Shown: piece after piece, positions 18,577-28,182 of the stretch
How positions within the stretch are numbered: the first letter of the stretch is position 1
Layout: each line of letters begins with the position of its first letter
DNA from: Deltaproteobacteria bacterium
GTDB taxonomy: Bacteria; Myxococcota_A; Polyangia; Nannocystales; Nannocystaceae
DNA length: 64,000 bases
Assembly: GCA_016712475.1 (NCBI GenBank)
Contig: JADJRA010000001.1
Span: 1,413,414 to 1,477,413, forward strand
Direction of reading: 5' to 3'
The notes under the pieces: generated by a model
What the model was told of the DNA's origin: nothing
What the model saw: the letters and a program-made list of their open reading frames with translations, nothing else
The model's database searches: none
Translations under genes and position numbers: made by a program

Positions 18577-19944
18577 ATGGTTCGCCTGCACGCACACATT
18601 CGACCGACTATCCTCGACCAGGTGCAGTCAGGTGACGACGTGCGAACGAGCCTGTGGGTCGGCCCCGGCCCCGCGTGCGATCGCGTGCCGCGGATCCCGG
18701 GCAGCAAGAGCCTGACCAACCGCGCGCTGCTGCTGGCCGCGCTTGCGCGCGGTCGCTCGTCGATCAGCGGTTGGCTCGACGCCGACGACACGCGCCTGAT
18801 GGTGGCCGCGCTGCGGGCGCTCGACGTGTCCATCACCGGTGGCGACGACCCTGGGCAACCCTTGCAGATCGACGGGCGCGGCGGGCCGTTGCGCTGCGAC
18901 CACGCGCCGACGCTGCAGGTTGGCACCGCTGGCACGGTCGCGCGGTTCTTGCTGGCCGCGGTGGCCGCGAGCCCCGGCGTGTTCGTGCTCGACGGCAGCG
19001 CACGCATGCGCGAGCGACCGATGGGCGGACTCGTCGCAGCACTACGCGATCGCGGCGCGGTGCTGACCGCCCTCGAGCGCGCCGACGCGCTGCCGCTGCG
19101 CAGCGGCCCGCATCCGGCCGCTCTGCGCGGCGGCACCATCGTGCTCGAGCGACCCGCCAGCTCGCAGTTCGTCAGCGCGCTCGCGTTCGCGGGGCTGCTG
19201 GCCGACGCTCCGCTCGAGATCGTCCTGCGCGAGGGCACGCCCGCGCGGCCCTACGTCGACATGACGCTGGCGGTGATCCGCAGCTTCGGCGGCGAAGCGC
19301 GCTGGTCGGCCGCGGACCGCATCCTCGTCACCCCCACCGTGCTGACGGCGATGCCCTACCGCGTCGAGCCCGACGCGTCGGCGGCGACGTACTTTCTCGC
19401 GCAGGCGGCGATCTACGGCGGCAGCTGTCGCATCGACGCGCTCGGCCACGACAGCCTGCAGGGCGATGCGGCGTTCGTCCATGTGCTGGGGCGCATGGGT
19501 GCGCAGGTCGAGCAACGCGGTGATGTCACCGTGCTGCACGGCGGCGCGGCGCTGCAGGGCGGCACGTTCGCGCTCGACGACATGCCCGACACCGCGCTCA
19601 CGCTCGCGGTCGTGGCCCTGTTCGCGCGCGGGCCCACGCACATCACGGGGGTCGGCGTGCTGCGCCACCACGAGAGCGATCGGCTGGCGGCGGCGGCCTG
19701 CGAGCTGCGCAAGCTCGGTGCCGGCGTCGAGGTCTTCGACGATGGCCTACGCATCACACCGCCGAGCGCGCGCCCCGAGCAACCGGTCGCGATCGACACC
19801 TACGACGATCACCGCATGGCGATGGCGTTCAGCCTCGCGGGTGCCGTCGAGATCCGCGACCCCGCCTGCGTCGCCAAGACCTTCCCGGGCTACTTCGACG
19901 AGCTGGCCCGCCTGGGCGTGCCGGTGCAACGCACACCCGGATAG
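18577..19944 (+). CDS. aroA: 3-phosphoshikimate 1-carboxyvinyltransferase (EPSP synthase, class I)
   Basis: Collinear similarity to E. coli AroA: PGSKSLTNRALLLAALARG, GNAGTVARFL, RMRERPM, DHRMAMAFSL, CVAKTFPGYF. Start uncertain: ATG 18577, or GTG at 18622 or 18640. Confidence 0.8.
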   Translation: MVRLHAHIRPTILDQVQSGDDVRTSLWVGPGPACDRVPRIPGSKSLTNRALLLAALARGRSSISGWLDADDTRLMVAALRALDVSITGGDDPGQPLQIDGRGGPLRCDHAPTLQVGTAGTVARFLLAAVAASPGVFVLDGSARMRERPMGGLVAALRDRGAVLTALERADALPLRSGPHPAALRGGTIVLERPASSQFVSALAFAGLLADAPLEIVLREGTPARPYVDMTLAVIRSFGGEARWSAADRILVTPTVLTAMPYRVEPDASAATYFLAQAAIYGGSCRIDALGHDSLQGDAAFVHVLGRMGAQVEQRGDVTVLHGGAALQGGTFALDDMPDTALTLAVVALFARGPTHITGVGVLRHHESDRLAAAACELRKLGAGVEVFDDGLRITPPSARPEQPVAIDTYDDHRMAMAFSLAGAVEIRDPACVAKTFPGYFDELARLGVPVQRTPG

Positions 19945-20081
19945 CCCCGCGCCCGCGCCCGCGCGCAGGCGCCCGTGCGCCCGCGAAATCGCTGCCGATG
20001 GTCGCGCAGCCGCGTTCGACGTGATACTTCGGCGAATGGCACCCCGAGGTGAGTGGGTGCGGCTGCCGACCGAGACCTCGC

Positions 20082-21416
20082 ATGAAGCCTGGCGACACGC
20101 TGACCGTCATGGCCGAGACGCTGTCGAAGCACGGCGACGGCGTGGCCCGACAGGGCGGCATCGAGATCCACGTCGCGGGTCTGCTGCCGGGTGAGACGGG
20201 CGACGTCCAGATCGACTACGTCAGCCGCCAGAAGCCGCGCGCCCACGCCCGCGTGGTGCTGCGACGCAACACCCATCCCGGTCGTCGTCCGGCACCGTGC
20301 CGCCACCACGGACGCTGCAACGGCTGTGGTCTGATGGACATGGACCTGCCGAGCCAGCGCCAGCTCAAGCGCGTCGAGCTCGAGCGTACCTACGGCATCT
20401 TCATCGATCGCATGGTCGGCGAGACCCTCGACGGTCGCGGCTATCGCCACTCGAGCAAGCGCGTGTTCGCCGGCAGCCCCGGACACATCCGACTCGGCAG
20501 CTACATGCGGGGCACCCACAACGTCGCCGACATGGGCGGCTGCCTGGTCGATCATCCCGACATCGCGGCCTGTGCCGACGAGCTGGCGCAGGCCGCCGAT
20601 GCCGTGCACGCCGTGCCCTACGACGAGACCGACGGCGAGGGCGACCTTCGCTACGCCTGGTTCAAGGCCGACGGTCGGGGCCGCGTGCTGCTCGCGATCA
20701 TCACGGCCGAGCCGTGTCACACCGCGGTGCACGAGGTCGCCTCGCGGCTGACGATCCCGGTCGGCATCGCGTGGGGCGTCAACGCGCGCATGGGCAACGA
20801 CATGCGCGGCACCACACTACGACCGCTGCGTGGCCGCCAGAGCATCGAGATCGAGTTCGCCGATCCGCTGCGTGACGAGGCCATCGTCAGCCATGTCGGC
20901 GCGTTGGGCTTCCTGCAGCCGAACCCGCAGGTCGCGTCGTTGGCCTACCACGACTTGGTGCGGGTGCCGGCCGGTGGCGCCCTGCACGGCCGCACCGCGC
21001 TCGATCTCTACGCCGGCGCGGGCGTGACCACGCGCCTGCTGCGACGCCACTTCCAGATGGTCGCGCCGTGCGAGTCGTTCCCCGAGAGCGCGCGGGCGCT
21101 GGGCGCCGAGCCCGAGCTGGTCGAAGAGTTCCTGGCGCGCATCCTCGCCGATCCACACCACCTGCATCGCCACCCCGAGCTGGTGGTCGCCAACCCGCCG
21201 CGCGGTGGGCTCGGCCCCACCGTCTGCGAGCAGCTCAACACGCTGGCAGTTCCGCGCCTGCACATCATGAGCTGCTCGCCCGGATCCCTGGTCGAGGACC
21301 TCCGTCGCCTCACCGGCGAGCACGGCCGCTACAAGCTCATCGGTGCGCGAGCGTTCGACACCCTGCCCCAGACCAACCACATCGAGGTCGTGGTCTGGCT
21401 GGTCGGCCGAAGCTGA
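20082..21416 (+). CDS. 23S rRNA (uracil-C5)-methyltransferase, RumA/RlmD-like (TRAM domain, 4Cys cluster, SAM-dependent methyltransferase domain)
   Basis: ATG at 20082 (MKPGDTLTV...) begins a TRAM-like domain; Cys cluster CRHHGRCNGCGLMDM; methyltransferase fold with DLYAGAGV and a C-terminal nucleophile region. Confidence 0.7.
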   Translation: MKPGDTLTVMAETLSKHGDGVARQGGIEIHVAGLLPGETGDVQIDYVSRQKPRAHARVVLRRNTHPGRRPAPCRHHGRCNGCGLMDMDLPSQRQLKRVELERTYGIFIDRMVGETLDGRGYRHSSKRVFAGSPGHIRLGSYMRGTHNVADMGGCLVDHPDIAACADELAQAADAVHAVPYDETDGEGDLRYAWFKADGRGRVLLAIITAEPCHTAVHEVASRLTIPVGIAWGVNARMGNDMRGTTLRPLRGRQSIEIEFADPLRDEAIVSHVGALGFLQPNPQVASLAYHDLVRVPAGGALHGRTALDLYAGAGVTTRLLRRHFQMVAPCESFPESARALGAEPELVEEFLARILADPHHLHRHPELVVANPPRGGLGPTVCEQLNTLAVPRLHIMSCSPGSLVEDLRRLTGEHGRYKLIGARAFDTLPQTNHIEVVVWLVGRS

Positions 21417-21539
21417 TCCAGCGCTCGCCCGCACCGGTTGGTGCCGCGCCGACCGACGGTTCCGCGGCCGACCCGAACGAGGGTGCTTGCCGCCGCCGGG
21501 CGATTGGGGCGACAATCGAACGCACAGAAGAGGTGCCCG

Positions 21540-21968
21540 ATGGCGAACCCGCAGAACTTCATCTCCGAGGACACCACCATCAAGGGCAGCATCACGACCG
21601 CGTCTTCGCTGACGGTCGCGGGCGCGGTCGAAGGCGACATCAACGCCGGCGGTGACGTGACCATCCTCGCCGACGCGTCCGTCCGTGGCGACGTCTCCGG
21701 CCCCGCGGTCACGATCTCCGGCAAGGTCGAAGGCCGTGTGAACGCGTCCGGCCGCCTGCTCATCACCGCGCGCGGCTTCGTGCAGGGCGACATCGCGGTG
21801 CGCTCGCTCCACATCGAAGAGGGCGGGACCCTGCAGGGGCAGTGCAACATGGGCTCGGCGGCCCCTGCCGCGGCCAAGGCCGGCAACGGGCGCACGATCG
21901 CGCCGCCGTTGTCCTCGCTGACGCCTCCGCCCGCCTCGCCCGCGGCAGCGCGCCCGCCCGAGCGCTGA
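21540..21968 (+). CDS. Bactofilin (CcmA-like cytoskeletal protein, DUF583)
   Basis: ATG at 21540 preceded by gaagagg; MANPQNFISEDTTIKGSITT...GAVEGDINAGGDVTILADASVRGDVSGPAVTISGKVEGRV is the typical bactofilin beta-helical repeat; Pro/Ala-rich tail. Confidence 0.7.
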   Translation: MANPQNFISEDTTIKGSITTASSLTVAGAVEGDINAGGDVTILADASVRGDVSGPAVTISGKVEGRVNASGRLLITARGFVQGDIAVRSLHIEEGGTLQGQCNMGSAAPAAAKAGNGRTIAPPLSSLTPPPASPAAARPPER

Positions 21969-22089
21969 GATCGTCGTTCGTTCCCCGCCGACGCTGCGCG
22001 CGAGGCTGCGCACTCGGCCGCCGCGGGACCGCTTGCAACCCGGCGCGCGTGCGCCCGTCCAGACAACACAACCGGAGAGAACCACCACC

Positions 22090-22500
22090 ATGCCCCGCAA
22101 TCGAATCCTGTTCCTGCTGCTGGCCCCCGTCCTCGCGCTCTCGGCGTGCAAGAAGGACTCGGCCGTCCAAGAGACCATCGACCTGCTGGACAAGCACAGC
22201 AAGGAGATCAAGGCGAAGGTCACCGACGCCACCGACAAGAAGGCGGGCGTGGCCGAGGCGCAGAAGTACATCGACGCCAACAAGGACGACATCGCCAAGC
22301 GCATCAAGGAGATGGGCGAGCTGAAGGGCTTCCAGGTCAGCGAGGAGATGCAGTCCAAGATGGCCTCGTCGCTGGTCGACGCCGCCTTCATGTGCAGCAA
22401 GATTCAGGTCGACCTGATGTCCGCCACGATGGAGGACAAGGACCTCGACGCCTCGCTCGAGAAGCTCTGCAAGACCTGGGACGACGCCGTCAAGATCTGA
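22090..22500 (+). CDS. Small hypothetical lipoprotein (136 aa, Lys/Asp-rich helical)
   Basis: ATG at 22090 preceded by ggagaga; MPRNRILFLLLAPVLALSAC lipobox; charged helical remainder. Confidence 0.55.
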   Translation: MPRNRILFLLLAPVLALSACKKDSAVQETIDLLDKHSKEIKAKVTDATDKKAGVAEAQKYIDANKDDIAKRIKEMGELKGFQVSEEMQSKMASSLVDAAFMCSKIQVDLMSATMEDKDLDASLEKLCKTWDDAVKI

Positions 22501-22551
22501 CGCTCGACGCACAAGGACGCGCACGCGACCTGAGCCTTTCTCCGGTCCCGA

Positions 22552-22594
22552 GAGGCCCGACGGCTAACCCCCGCCGGGCCTTCTGCGTTGGTTG
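22552..22594 (+). terminator. Candidate intrinsic terminator downstream of the bactofilin-lipoprotein pair
   Basis: aggcccgacgg-ctaacccc-cgccgggcct hairpin (about 11-bp stem, one mismatch) followed by ttctgcgttggttg; coordinates approximate. Confidence 0.35.
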
Positions 22595-23435
22595 CTCAGC
22601 GATAGCTCATGTGCAGATCGCAGCGCGTCGGCGTGAACGAGGCCACGCGCACGCGGACGTCCTTCTCGCCGCCGAGCTCGAGCGCGGCCTGCACGGCGGT
22701 CGCGTAGCAGCGCGCGATGAGCTCGGGCACGAGGTGCGGCGGATAGTCGATGACCCAGAAGTCACCGTTAGGGCGTCGCTACGCCCGCGAGGTGATGCCA
22801 CGATGCATGCGCGCGAAGATGTCGCGCCCGCAGCTGCGACCTTCCCTGCCGACAGTCGCAGGAGAGACCGTCGAAGGACCTTGCGGTCGCAGCGACGCAG
22901 CTCGACCGGTCGATCGCGCGGGGCACCGCCGAGTTCCGCGACGCACTACGACATTCGGCCGCTGCGCTGCCCGCGGTCGTCGTGCTCGGCCTTAGCACGC
23001 TTGGCGGACACCCGAGAACAGACTACGGACCACGGGCGACAGCCCGCTTCATGACGCCGTCCAGCCCGTCCCACGTCACCGCAGCAGGCGCGCAACGCCC
23101 GAGATGCCGGCCTCGTTCAGCCAGTCGATCACGAGGCCTCGAAGATCATGGATTTGCGGCTCCCCGGGAGAATTCGTGGGTCGATCGCAGCGTTGCGTGA
23201 GGCCGAGTTGTCGGTCCTGCCCCCGTCGTCCCCCTGCACGGGACCCGAGCCGCGGGCCGATTGGCCAATCGTCAGACCACACGAGCGAGTACGATCTTTC
23301 CTCACGACTTACGGAAGAACCATCTACTCTCGACCTACGGCAGGCCGTTGTAGTCACCGTGTCCCCTCGCTCGGCCAAAAGGCCACTAGTCAGCAGCTTG
23401 CGCGTACGCTCGAATCGGAGCATTGAACGACCCAA

Positions 23436-23470
23436 TTGACTTGACGCAGTCCCAGAACCCCGCTAGATAT
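23436..23470 (+). promoter_or_regulatory. Candidate sigma70-type promoter upstream of the first island gene (TTGACG, 17 nt, TAGATAT)
   Basis: ttgacttgacg cagtcccagaaccccgc tagatat read directly about 70 nt upstream of the ATG at 23539; the -35 element is near consensus, the -10 is weak. Confidence 0.3.
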
Positions 23471-23538
23471 GCACTACGCATGTGGCTCAGGCAGCAAGGA
23501 CATCCCACGCAATGCGCAAACCAACCCTGGGCGGCCAT

Positions 23539-24000
23539 ATGAATCGCAGATCGTGTATAGCCATTCTGTTTGTTGCTGGGTCGGGACTAGGCCTTGCGCT
23601 TCACCCTACGACTTGGTCGTTTGCGATGGCTGAAACCCCGCGCAATTCGCCCGTCCCGGCCCCCTATTCGAAGAGCGGGGAAGCAGAGGTCTCGCGCGCA
23701 AGCGCAACTGACACGCTGAGCTCGTGCACATGGGAAACCTTCAGCAGCACAACATCGGCTCTCGTCAATGCGGCGTGTCCGATACCTGCCAAGCGCGTAA
23801 TCTCCGGCGGCTGCATCAGTAGCGCCTCGGGGCGCAAACTGATTTGGATGCACCCATACGAGGAGGCCGCAATTGGGTCGCTTCCACTGCCCGACAACGG
23901 AGAGTGGTGGCACGCAACCGACGGCAACACAGGCTGGTCGTGCAACTTCTCCTCGTCTGGGACTACGAATACCGCGCTGGCGCTTTGTTGCGGCACCTAG
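23539..24000 (+). CDS. Small secreted Cys-rich protein, family A paralog 1 (C-terminal ...GWSC...LCCG motif)
   Basis: ATG at 23539 gives MNRRSCIAILFVAGSGLGLALHP (signal peptide); the about 110-aa mature domain shares C.W, CP, ISGGC, TGWSC and LCCG landmarks with the next two ORFs; lower-GC context. Confidence 0.6.
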   Translation: MNRRSCIAILFVAGSGLGLALHPTTWSFAMAETPRNSPVPAPYSKSGEAEVSRASATDTLSSCTWETFSSTTSALVNAACPIPAKRVISGGCISSASGRKLIWMHPYEEAAIGSLPLPDNGEWWHATDGNTGWSCNFSSSGTTNTALALCCGT

Positions 24001-24067
24001 TTGCAATCAGCGTAGTCAGCCACTACGGATCGCGTCTGCCAGAAGGCGCTGAAAGACGATCAGCACA

Positions 24068-24649
24068 GTGAACACACGGACAACAATGAGTCTTGTAGCC
24101 GGCGCCGGGCTTGCGTTGTTTCTGCTAGTCGGAGCAGGAGTGGCGGGCGCTCAGGCCGAGATCACGAACTCTGCCGACAACTATTCACCCCGTCTCAATG
24201 ACGGGACTGTTGGGGATGGCCGCGATGGCCGCAGCAGCAACACGCCAGCGGCCAACACCGACGAACTTCGCAGCGATGCAGTCGCGGTGCTCGCAGACTC
24301 GACTGACCATCTAAACAGTTGCGGCTGGCGTACGACCAGCGCATCGTGTGACTGCATCACGAATGATTGCGGAGCACTTCCGAATCACTGTGGGTACACG
24401 GTTGCATGCCCGGTTGGAGAGGCGGCAATCTCCGGCGGCTGCCGAATTTCGGGCGACTCAAGCGTCGAACTTCTTTCAAGTCGTGTGTATTCAAACTCGT
24501 CACCACTTCAGCTACTATATGCGACTGTTTGGTGGGGAGTGAGCGCAAATACTGGCTGGAGCTGCGAATTTGACAACGTAGACACGATGCCTTCCGGTTG
24601 GCCGCCAGTGTTTCCTACGATTGAAGTCACGGCGCTTTGCTGTGGATAG
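24068..24649 (+). CDS. Small secreted Cys-rich protein, family A paralog 2
   Basis: Signal peptide ...MSLVAGAGLALFLLVGAGVAGAQA (start GTG at 24068 or ATG at 24086); conserved SCGW, ACP, ISGGC, TGWSCEF, ALCCG; ends 38 nt before paralog 3. Confidence 0.6.
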   Translation: MNTRTTMSLVAGAGLALFLLVGAGVAGAQAEITNSADNYSPRLNDGTVGDGRDGRSSNTPAANTDELRSDAVAVLADSTDHLNSCGWRTTSASCDCITNDCGALPNHCGYTVACPVGEAAISGGCRISGDSSVELLSSRVYSNSSPLQLLYATVWWGVSANTGWSCEFDNVDTMPSGWPPVFPTIEVTALCCG

Positions 24650-24687
24650 CACGTCCAAGGTCCTCATCGCGAATAGGCATATACGTC

Positions 24688-25170
24688 ATGGCACCAGTGC
24701 ATCTTTCCAAAGGCCGGCCAGGTCGGGGACACCACTTTCAGCTTGTCTTGCTGTTCCTGTGCTCCGCAAGTTGCTCTTCGTTGGACCAAGGCGACGATAA
24801 GCCTATTCCGGCGACCCCGAACGATGACGACGGAGATAGCGAATCGGCCGACGACGATGAAGCCGTGGAACGGGCAGGGGCGTCCGATGAATTGGACACT
24901 TGCTGGTGGGTAGCATCACCGAATGGTGGCACGTCGGTCGGCACCGACTTTACGGTGAACTGCCCGGCGTCAAGACGGCCAATTGCAGGCCATTGCATGC
25001 ACACCGGCTCCGCGCAGCTAACGGATTCACACCCGTTCGAAGCGAGCAATGCATCGAATCTCCCAGAAGCTGGGGAGTCCTGGTACTCGACTAGTAGCAC
25101 GGCGGGATGGCGCTGCGCTTACGACGCTTCGGTGTCAGCACAGATCGGCGTACTTTGTTGCGGATCATAG
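24688..25170 (+). CDS. Small secreted Cys-rich (lipo)protein, family A paralog 3
   Basis: ATG at 24688 gives MAPVHLSKGRPGRGHHFQLVLLFLCSASC (signal plus possible lipobox); conserved TCWW, NCP, IAGHC, AGWRCAY, VLCCGS. Confidence 0.6.
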   Translation: MAPVHLSKGRPGRGHHFQLVLLFLCSASCSSLDQGDDKPIPATPNDDDGDSESADDDEAVERAGASDELDTCWWVASPNGGTSVGTDFTVNCPASRRPIAGHCMHTGSAQLTDSHPFEASNASNLPEAGESWYSTSSTAGWRCAYDASVSAQIGVLCCGS

Positions 25171-25642
25171 AAGGCTCGCTGTCCTGACTCTGGCGTTCGC
25201 AGGAACACATGATTTTGCGTTGGCGGGCGTCCGTGATACGCTTGCCGTGACGCGCCGCGCGGGTGACTATGTGGCACGGGATCTCGTCCAGGCAGAGGTG
25301 CTCTGGATCGTCGGTGTGTTCGCGATCAGCGAACTGTGATTGAGGCGGAGGTCGTCTCGTTCGTTCGCTCCCGGGTCGACTCCGCGGCTCCGCCATCGCG
25401 AACTCGCGGGTGTGCACGTTGGTGCGGTTGCCAGGTCGGGTCCACCTGGATCGACTTCGTGTGCTGATTCAGAGATTCGCGGGAGAAGCCGCTGCGCGCG
25501 CAATGCGCGAGCAGTGGTGCGCGATGGAGGCGAGGATGTCGTCGGCGCTCTTGGTCCAGGCGGACGGCTTCGGCTCGTCGTTGGTGCAGTGTCCGTGCGC
25601 CGGACCGCGTGCGTGGTTGAAGCAGCCGCGGGGCTTCCCGGT

Positions 25643-27249
25643 TCAGCCGCGCGCAGACTTCCAGCTCGCCGGCAGTAGATCTGCCGCGTCGGCCTCGCGG
25701 ACGCGCCGCGAGAGCCGAGCGAGCACGTCGGTGAGGTACGCGACCGGGTCGACGTCGGCGAGCATGCAGCAGCCGAGGATCGTGTACACCGCCGCAGCTC
25801 GGACGCCGCCGGCATCCGAGCCCGCGAAGAGGAAGTTCTTGCGGGTGAGTGCGACGCGGACATGCATGCGTTCGACGGCACCGTTGTCGAGCGGGATGTC
25901 TGGATCGTCGAGGAACCGGAGCAGCGCGTCTTGGTGGTTGAGCACGTATCGGATCCCACCGCCCATCGGTGACTTCGGCGGTTCGAAGGGTTGGTGCGTC
26001 TCGCACCAGCGGATCAGTTCGCCGCAGACTGCCGCGCTCTTCGTGGCGCGCTCGGCGTGCCGCGCTTCGCGATCGAGACCGCGGATCTCGTCTTCGATCT
26101 GGTACAGCACCTTGTACGCCGAGACCGGCAGCGAGGCGCGATCGTCTCCGGCCTCGAGCGCGGCGACGAACTTCCGACGTGCGTGCATGTTGCACCCGCA
26201 CTCGATGATGTCGTCGCGCGCGAAGCTCTTGTCGAAGAGCGTCGCAGCGTCCGCGACCGTATAGCCCTTGCGCAGCCTCAACAGATCCTCGGGACCGATC
26301 TCGCCTTCGCGCTGCCCGACCTTCTTGCCGGTGCTCGCGTAGAAGTAGAACGCCGAGTCGTCGCCGACGCAGCCCCACAGCGAGCCGATTCGCTTGCCCG
26401 TGCCGACGCGCTTGTTGGTGCCATCGCGGTCGAGCACCGGCAGACCTGTGCCGTCGATATGCATGATCTTCGCCGCGAGCGTGCGCTCCTTCGCGGCGCG
26501 CACGAGCGGTGCCAGCAGCTCCGTCGCCCACGTCACCTGATCGGCGAGCGTCGACACCGACAGCTCGACACCGAGACGCCCGAAGCGATCGCGCTGCCGA
26601 TGCAGCGGCAGGCCATCGCGGTACTTCTCGACGAGCAGATTGGCGACGAGCGCACAGCCCATCCGTCCGCCCTGGACCACCTTGTCGCCCAGCGGCGCGC
26701 GCACGACCTCGGCCTCGCAGTCGTCGCACGCCAGCTTCTCGCGGCTGTCGACGCGTATACGATCACCTCGGCCGGGATCAAGTCGAGGATCTCGGTCGTG
26801 TCGTGCCCGATGCACCGCCGCTCCTTGCCGCATCGCGGGCACGGCCGAGCAGCGGTCGGCACGACGATCGGGTTCGGAATCCGCCGCAAGTTCGCCGGCA
26901 GCGGGCGGCGAAGCGGCGGCTGAGGAGGCGCCGGCGTGCCTCCGCGCGCCGCAGGTGCGACCTCCTCGCTGGTCTCGCGCAGCTTCTGATCCGCTGCGTC
27001 GCGGGTCGCGTCGCCGGTGCTCGCGAGGCTCTCGAGCAGCAACGCGAGCTGAGCCGTCGACACGCCCTCGTTCGTGCGACGAGGTGAGCGAAGCTCGGCG
27101 AGCTTGCGTTCGAGCTCGCTGTTGCGGGCAACGAGCTTCGACACGAGCTCGAGCACCGTGTCGAGCTGGCCCTTGTCGAGCAGCTCGCGAAGCACCTCGA
27201 GCACGGGGGCGCGCTTCGTCGTCGTGCTTGCCGATCCCGTCTTGCTCAT
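25643..27249 (-). pseudogene. tnpC: IS66 transposase TnpC, disrupted by a frameshift near 26745-26757
   Basis: The N-terminal leucine-zipper and Zn-finger part (MSKTGSAS...CPRCGKERRCIGHDTTEILDLIPAEVIVY) is in the frame of ORF 26533..27387. The DDE catalytic part (REKLACDDCEAEVVRAPLG...LPLHRQ...HIDGTG...CNMHARRKF...) is in the frame of ORF 25643..27289. Both read through the same stretch gatcgtatacgcgtcgac in different frames. Confidence 0.7.
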
Positions 27250-27337
27250 GCCGACGTCGACACCATAGCGGCGTCCGGCGCCGCGGCAACCGAAAATCAT
27301 CGCACGCCCGCGTGTGGTTGCGCGCGGTCGCCCGGCA

Positions 27338-27706
27338 TCACGCGCGTGCGTGCATCGGCGGCTCCCATCGACGTGACGCGCGAGCACGTGTGATGTCGAT
27401 GCCCTCGAGTAGCATCGAGAGCTCGTGCACGTCGATCTCGACCGTCGACACCTCTTCGGCCACGCGCTGTGGAAACGTGAAAGTGCCCCGCTCGAGCCGC
27501 TTGTGCACGATCGTGAAGCCGCCGCGCGTGTACACCAGAAGCTTCACCTGGGTCTTGCGCCGGTTGAGGAAGACGAAGACGTGCCCGCTCAGCGGATCTT
27601 GCGCGAGCACGCTGCGAACGTCGGCACTCAGCCCGTCGAACGATCGCCTCAAGCTCACCGGCGACGTCGCGACGTACACCTTCACTGCCCGCAGCAGCAG
27701 GATCAC
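27338..27706 (-). CDS. tnpB: IS66 Orf2 (TnpB)
   Basis: ...VKVYVATSPVSLRRSFDGLSADVRSVLAQDPLSGHVFVFLNRRKTQVKLLVYTRGGFTIVHKRLERGTF matches the IS66 Orf2 consensus (DMRK(S/G)FDGL); GTG start at 27706 overlaps the tnpA stop (GTGA). Confidence 0.7.
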   Translation of the reverse strand: MILLLRAVKVYVATSPVSLRRSFDGLSADVRSVLAQDPLSGHVFVFLNRRKTQVKLLVYTRGGFTIVHKRLERGTFTFPQRVAEEVSTVEIDVHELSMLLEGIDITRARASRRWEPPMHARA

Positions 27707-28053
27707 GTCTTCGGCCTCAAGGTGATCATCTCCGAGACGAGTTGAGCGAGCCACTGTGCCGACACACGATCGGCGCGCACCTCGATCTCGACCTCGCCGA
27801 CGTGCACCACGACCTCGGCCACCACCGCCGGCTCGGACGCCAGCATCGGGACGAACTTGACCGCGCCGCGCGTGCCCTCCGTCGCGACGCGCCGCTTCCA
27901 CCACCGCAGCCTCCCGCTGCCGAGCTCATGCCGCCGCTCGAACTCCGCGAGCGTCAAACCACTGCGCTTCCACGCGCGAACTGCTGCGCGGCCATCGGCC
28001 GTCGTCCATCGCACCCCGCTCGCCGGCGCCGTCCACTCGCTCCCGCGTGACAT
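27703..28053 (-). CDS. tnpA: IS66 Orf1 (TnpA, HTH protein)
   Basis: 116 aa; ...AWKRSGLTLAEFERRHELGSGRLRWWKRRV... is typical of IS66 orf1; first gene inside the IR-bounded element. Confidence 0.7.
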   Translation of the reverse strand: MSRGSEWTAPASGVRWTTADGRAAVRAWKRSGLTLAEFERRHELGSGRLRWWKRRVATEGTRGAVKFVPMLASEPAVVAEVVVHVGEVEIEVRADRVSAQWLAQLVSEMITLRPKT

Positions 28054-28182
28054 GCCCGCGAGCGTGCACGATCACTGGGCGGCCACGCGGGTGCGCTCGG
28101 GCGGACGGACACCTCCCGCGTGACATGCCCGCGAGCGTGCACGATCACTGGCGGCCACGCGGGTGCGCTCGGGCGGACGGAC
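28037..28182. repeat. About 73-bp tandem duplication (2 copies) near the tnpA-proximal end of the IS66 element
   Basis: ctcccgcgtgacatgcccgcgagcgtgcacgatcactgg(g)cggccacgcgggtgcgctcgggcggacggacac occurs twice in a row (read directly; coordinates approximate). Confidence 0.6.

Noticed and set aside
16360-19238. ORFs 16360..17460 (-), 16797..18635 (+), 17470..18597 (-); 5' extension of the kinase ORF to 19238; 654..19523 (+) frames inside aroA
   Set aside because: Overlapping or antisense frames of the Ser/Thr kinase and aroA genes; low-complexity Arg/Ala/Gly translations; the kinase Hanks motifs start only after the ATG at 18515
20817-22524. 527-aa (-), 246-aa (-), 253-aa (-) ORFs opposite the methyltransferase, bactofilin and lipoprotein genes
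   Set aside because: Antisense, Arg/Ala/Gly-rich
22607-23435. Short ORFs 22607..22801 (-), 22750..22995 (+), 22768..22998 (-), 23076..23435 (-), 23104..23439 (+) in the region between the lipoprotein gene and the island
   Set aside because: 60-120 aa, mutually overlapping, biased composition, no motifs; treated as non-coding apart from the gene-remnant fragment noted in findings
23587-25417. ORFs on the opposite strand or in other frames of the three family A genes (23587..24006 -, 23664..23996 -, 24348..24573 +/-, 24738..25100 -, 25049..25339 +, 25091..25417 -)
   Set aside because: Overlap the paralogous signal-peptide genes, which are mutually supported by conservation; no features of their own
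25267-27725. ORFs 25267..25959 (-), 25326..26729 (-), 25410..26264 (+), 25991..26923 (+), 26509..27087 (+), 26640..27725 (+) inside the IS66 element
   Set aside because: Alternative frames or antisense of tnpC and tnpB; only the frames with recognisable IS66 Orf1, Orf2 and TnpC motifs were kept
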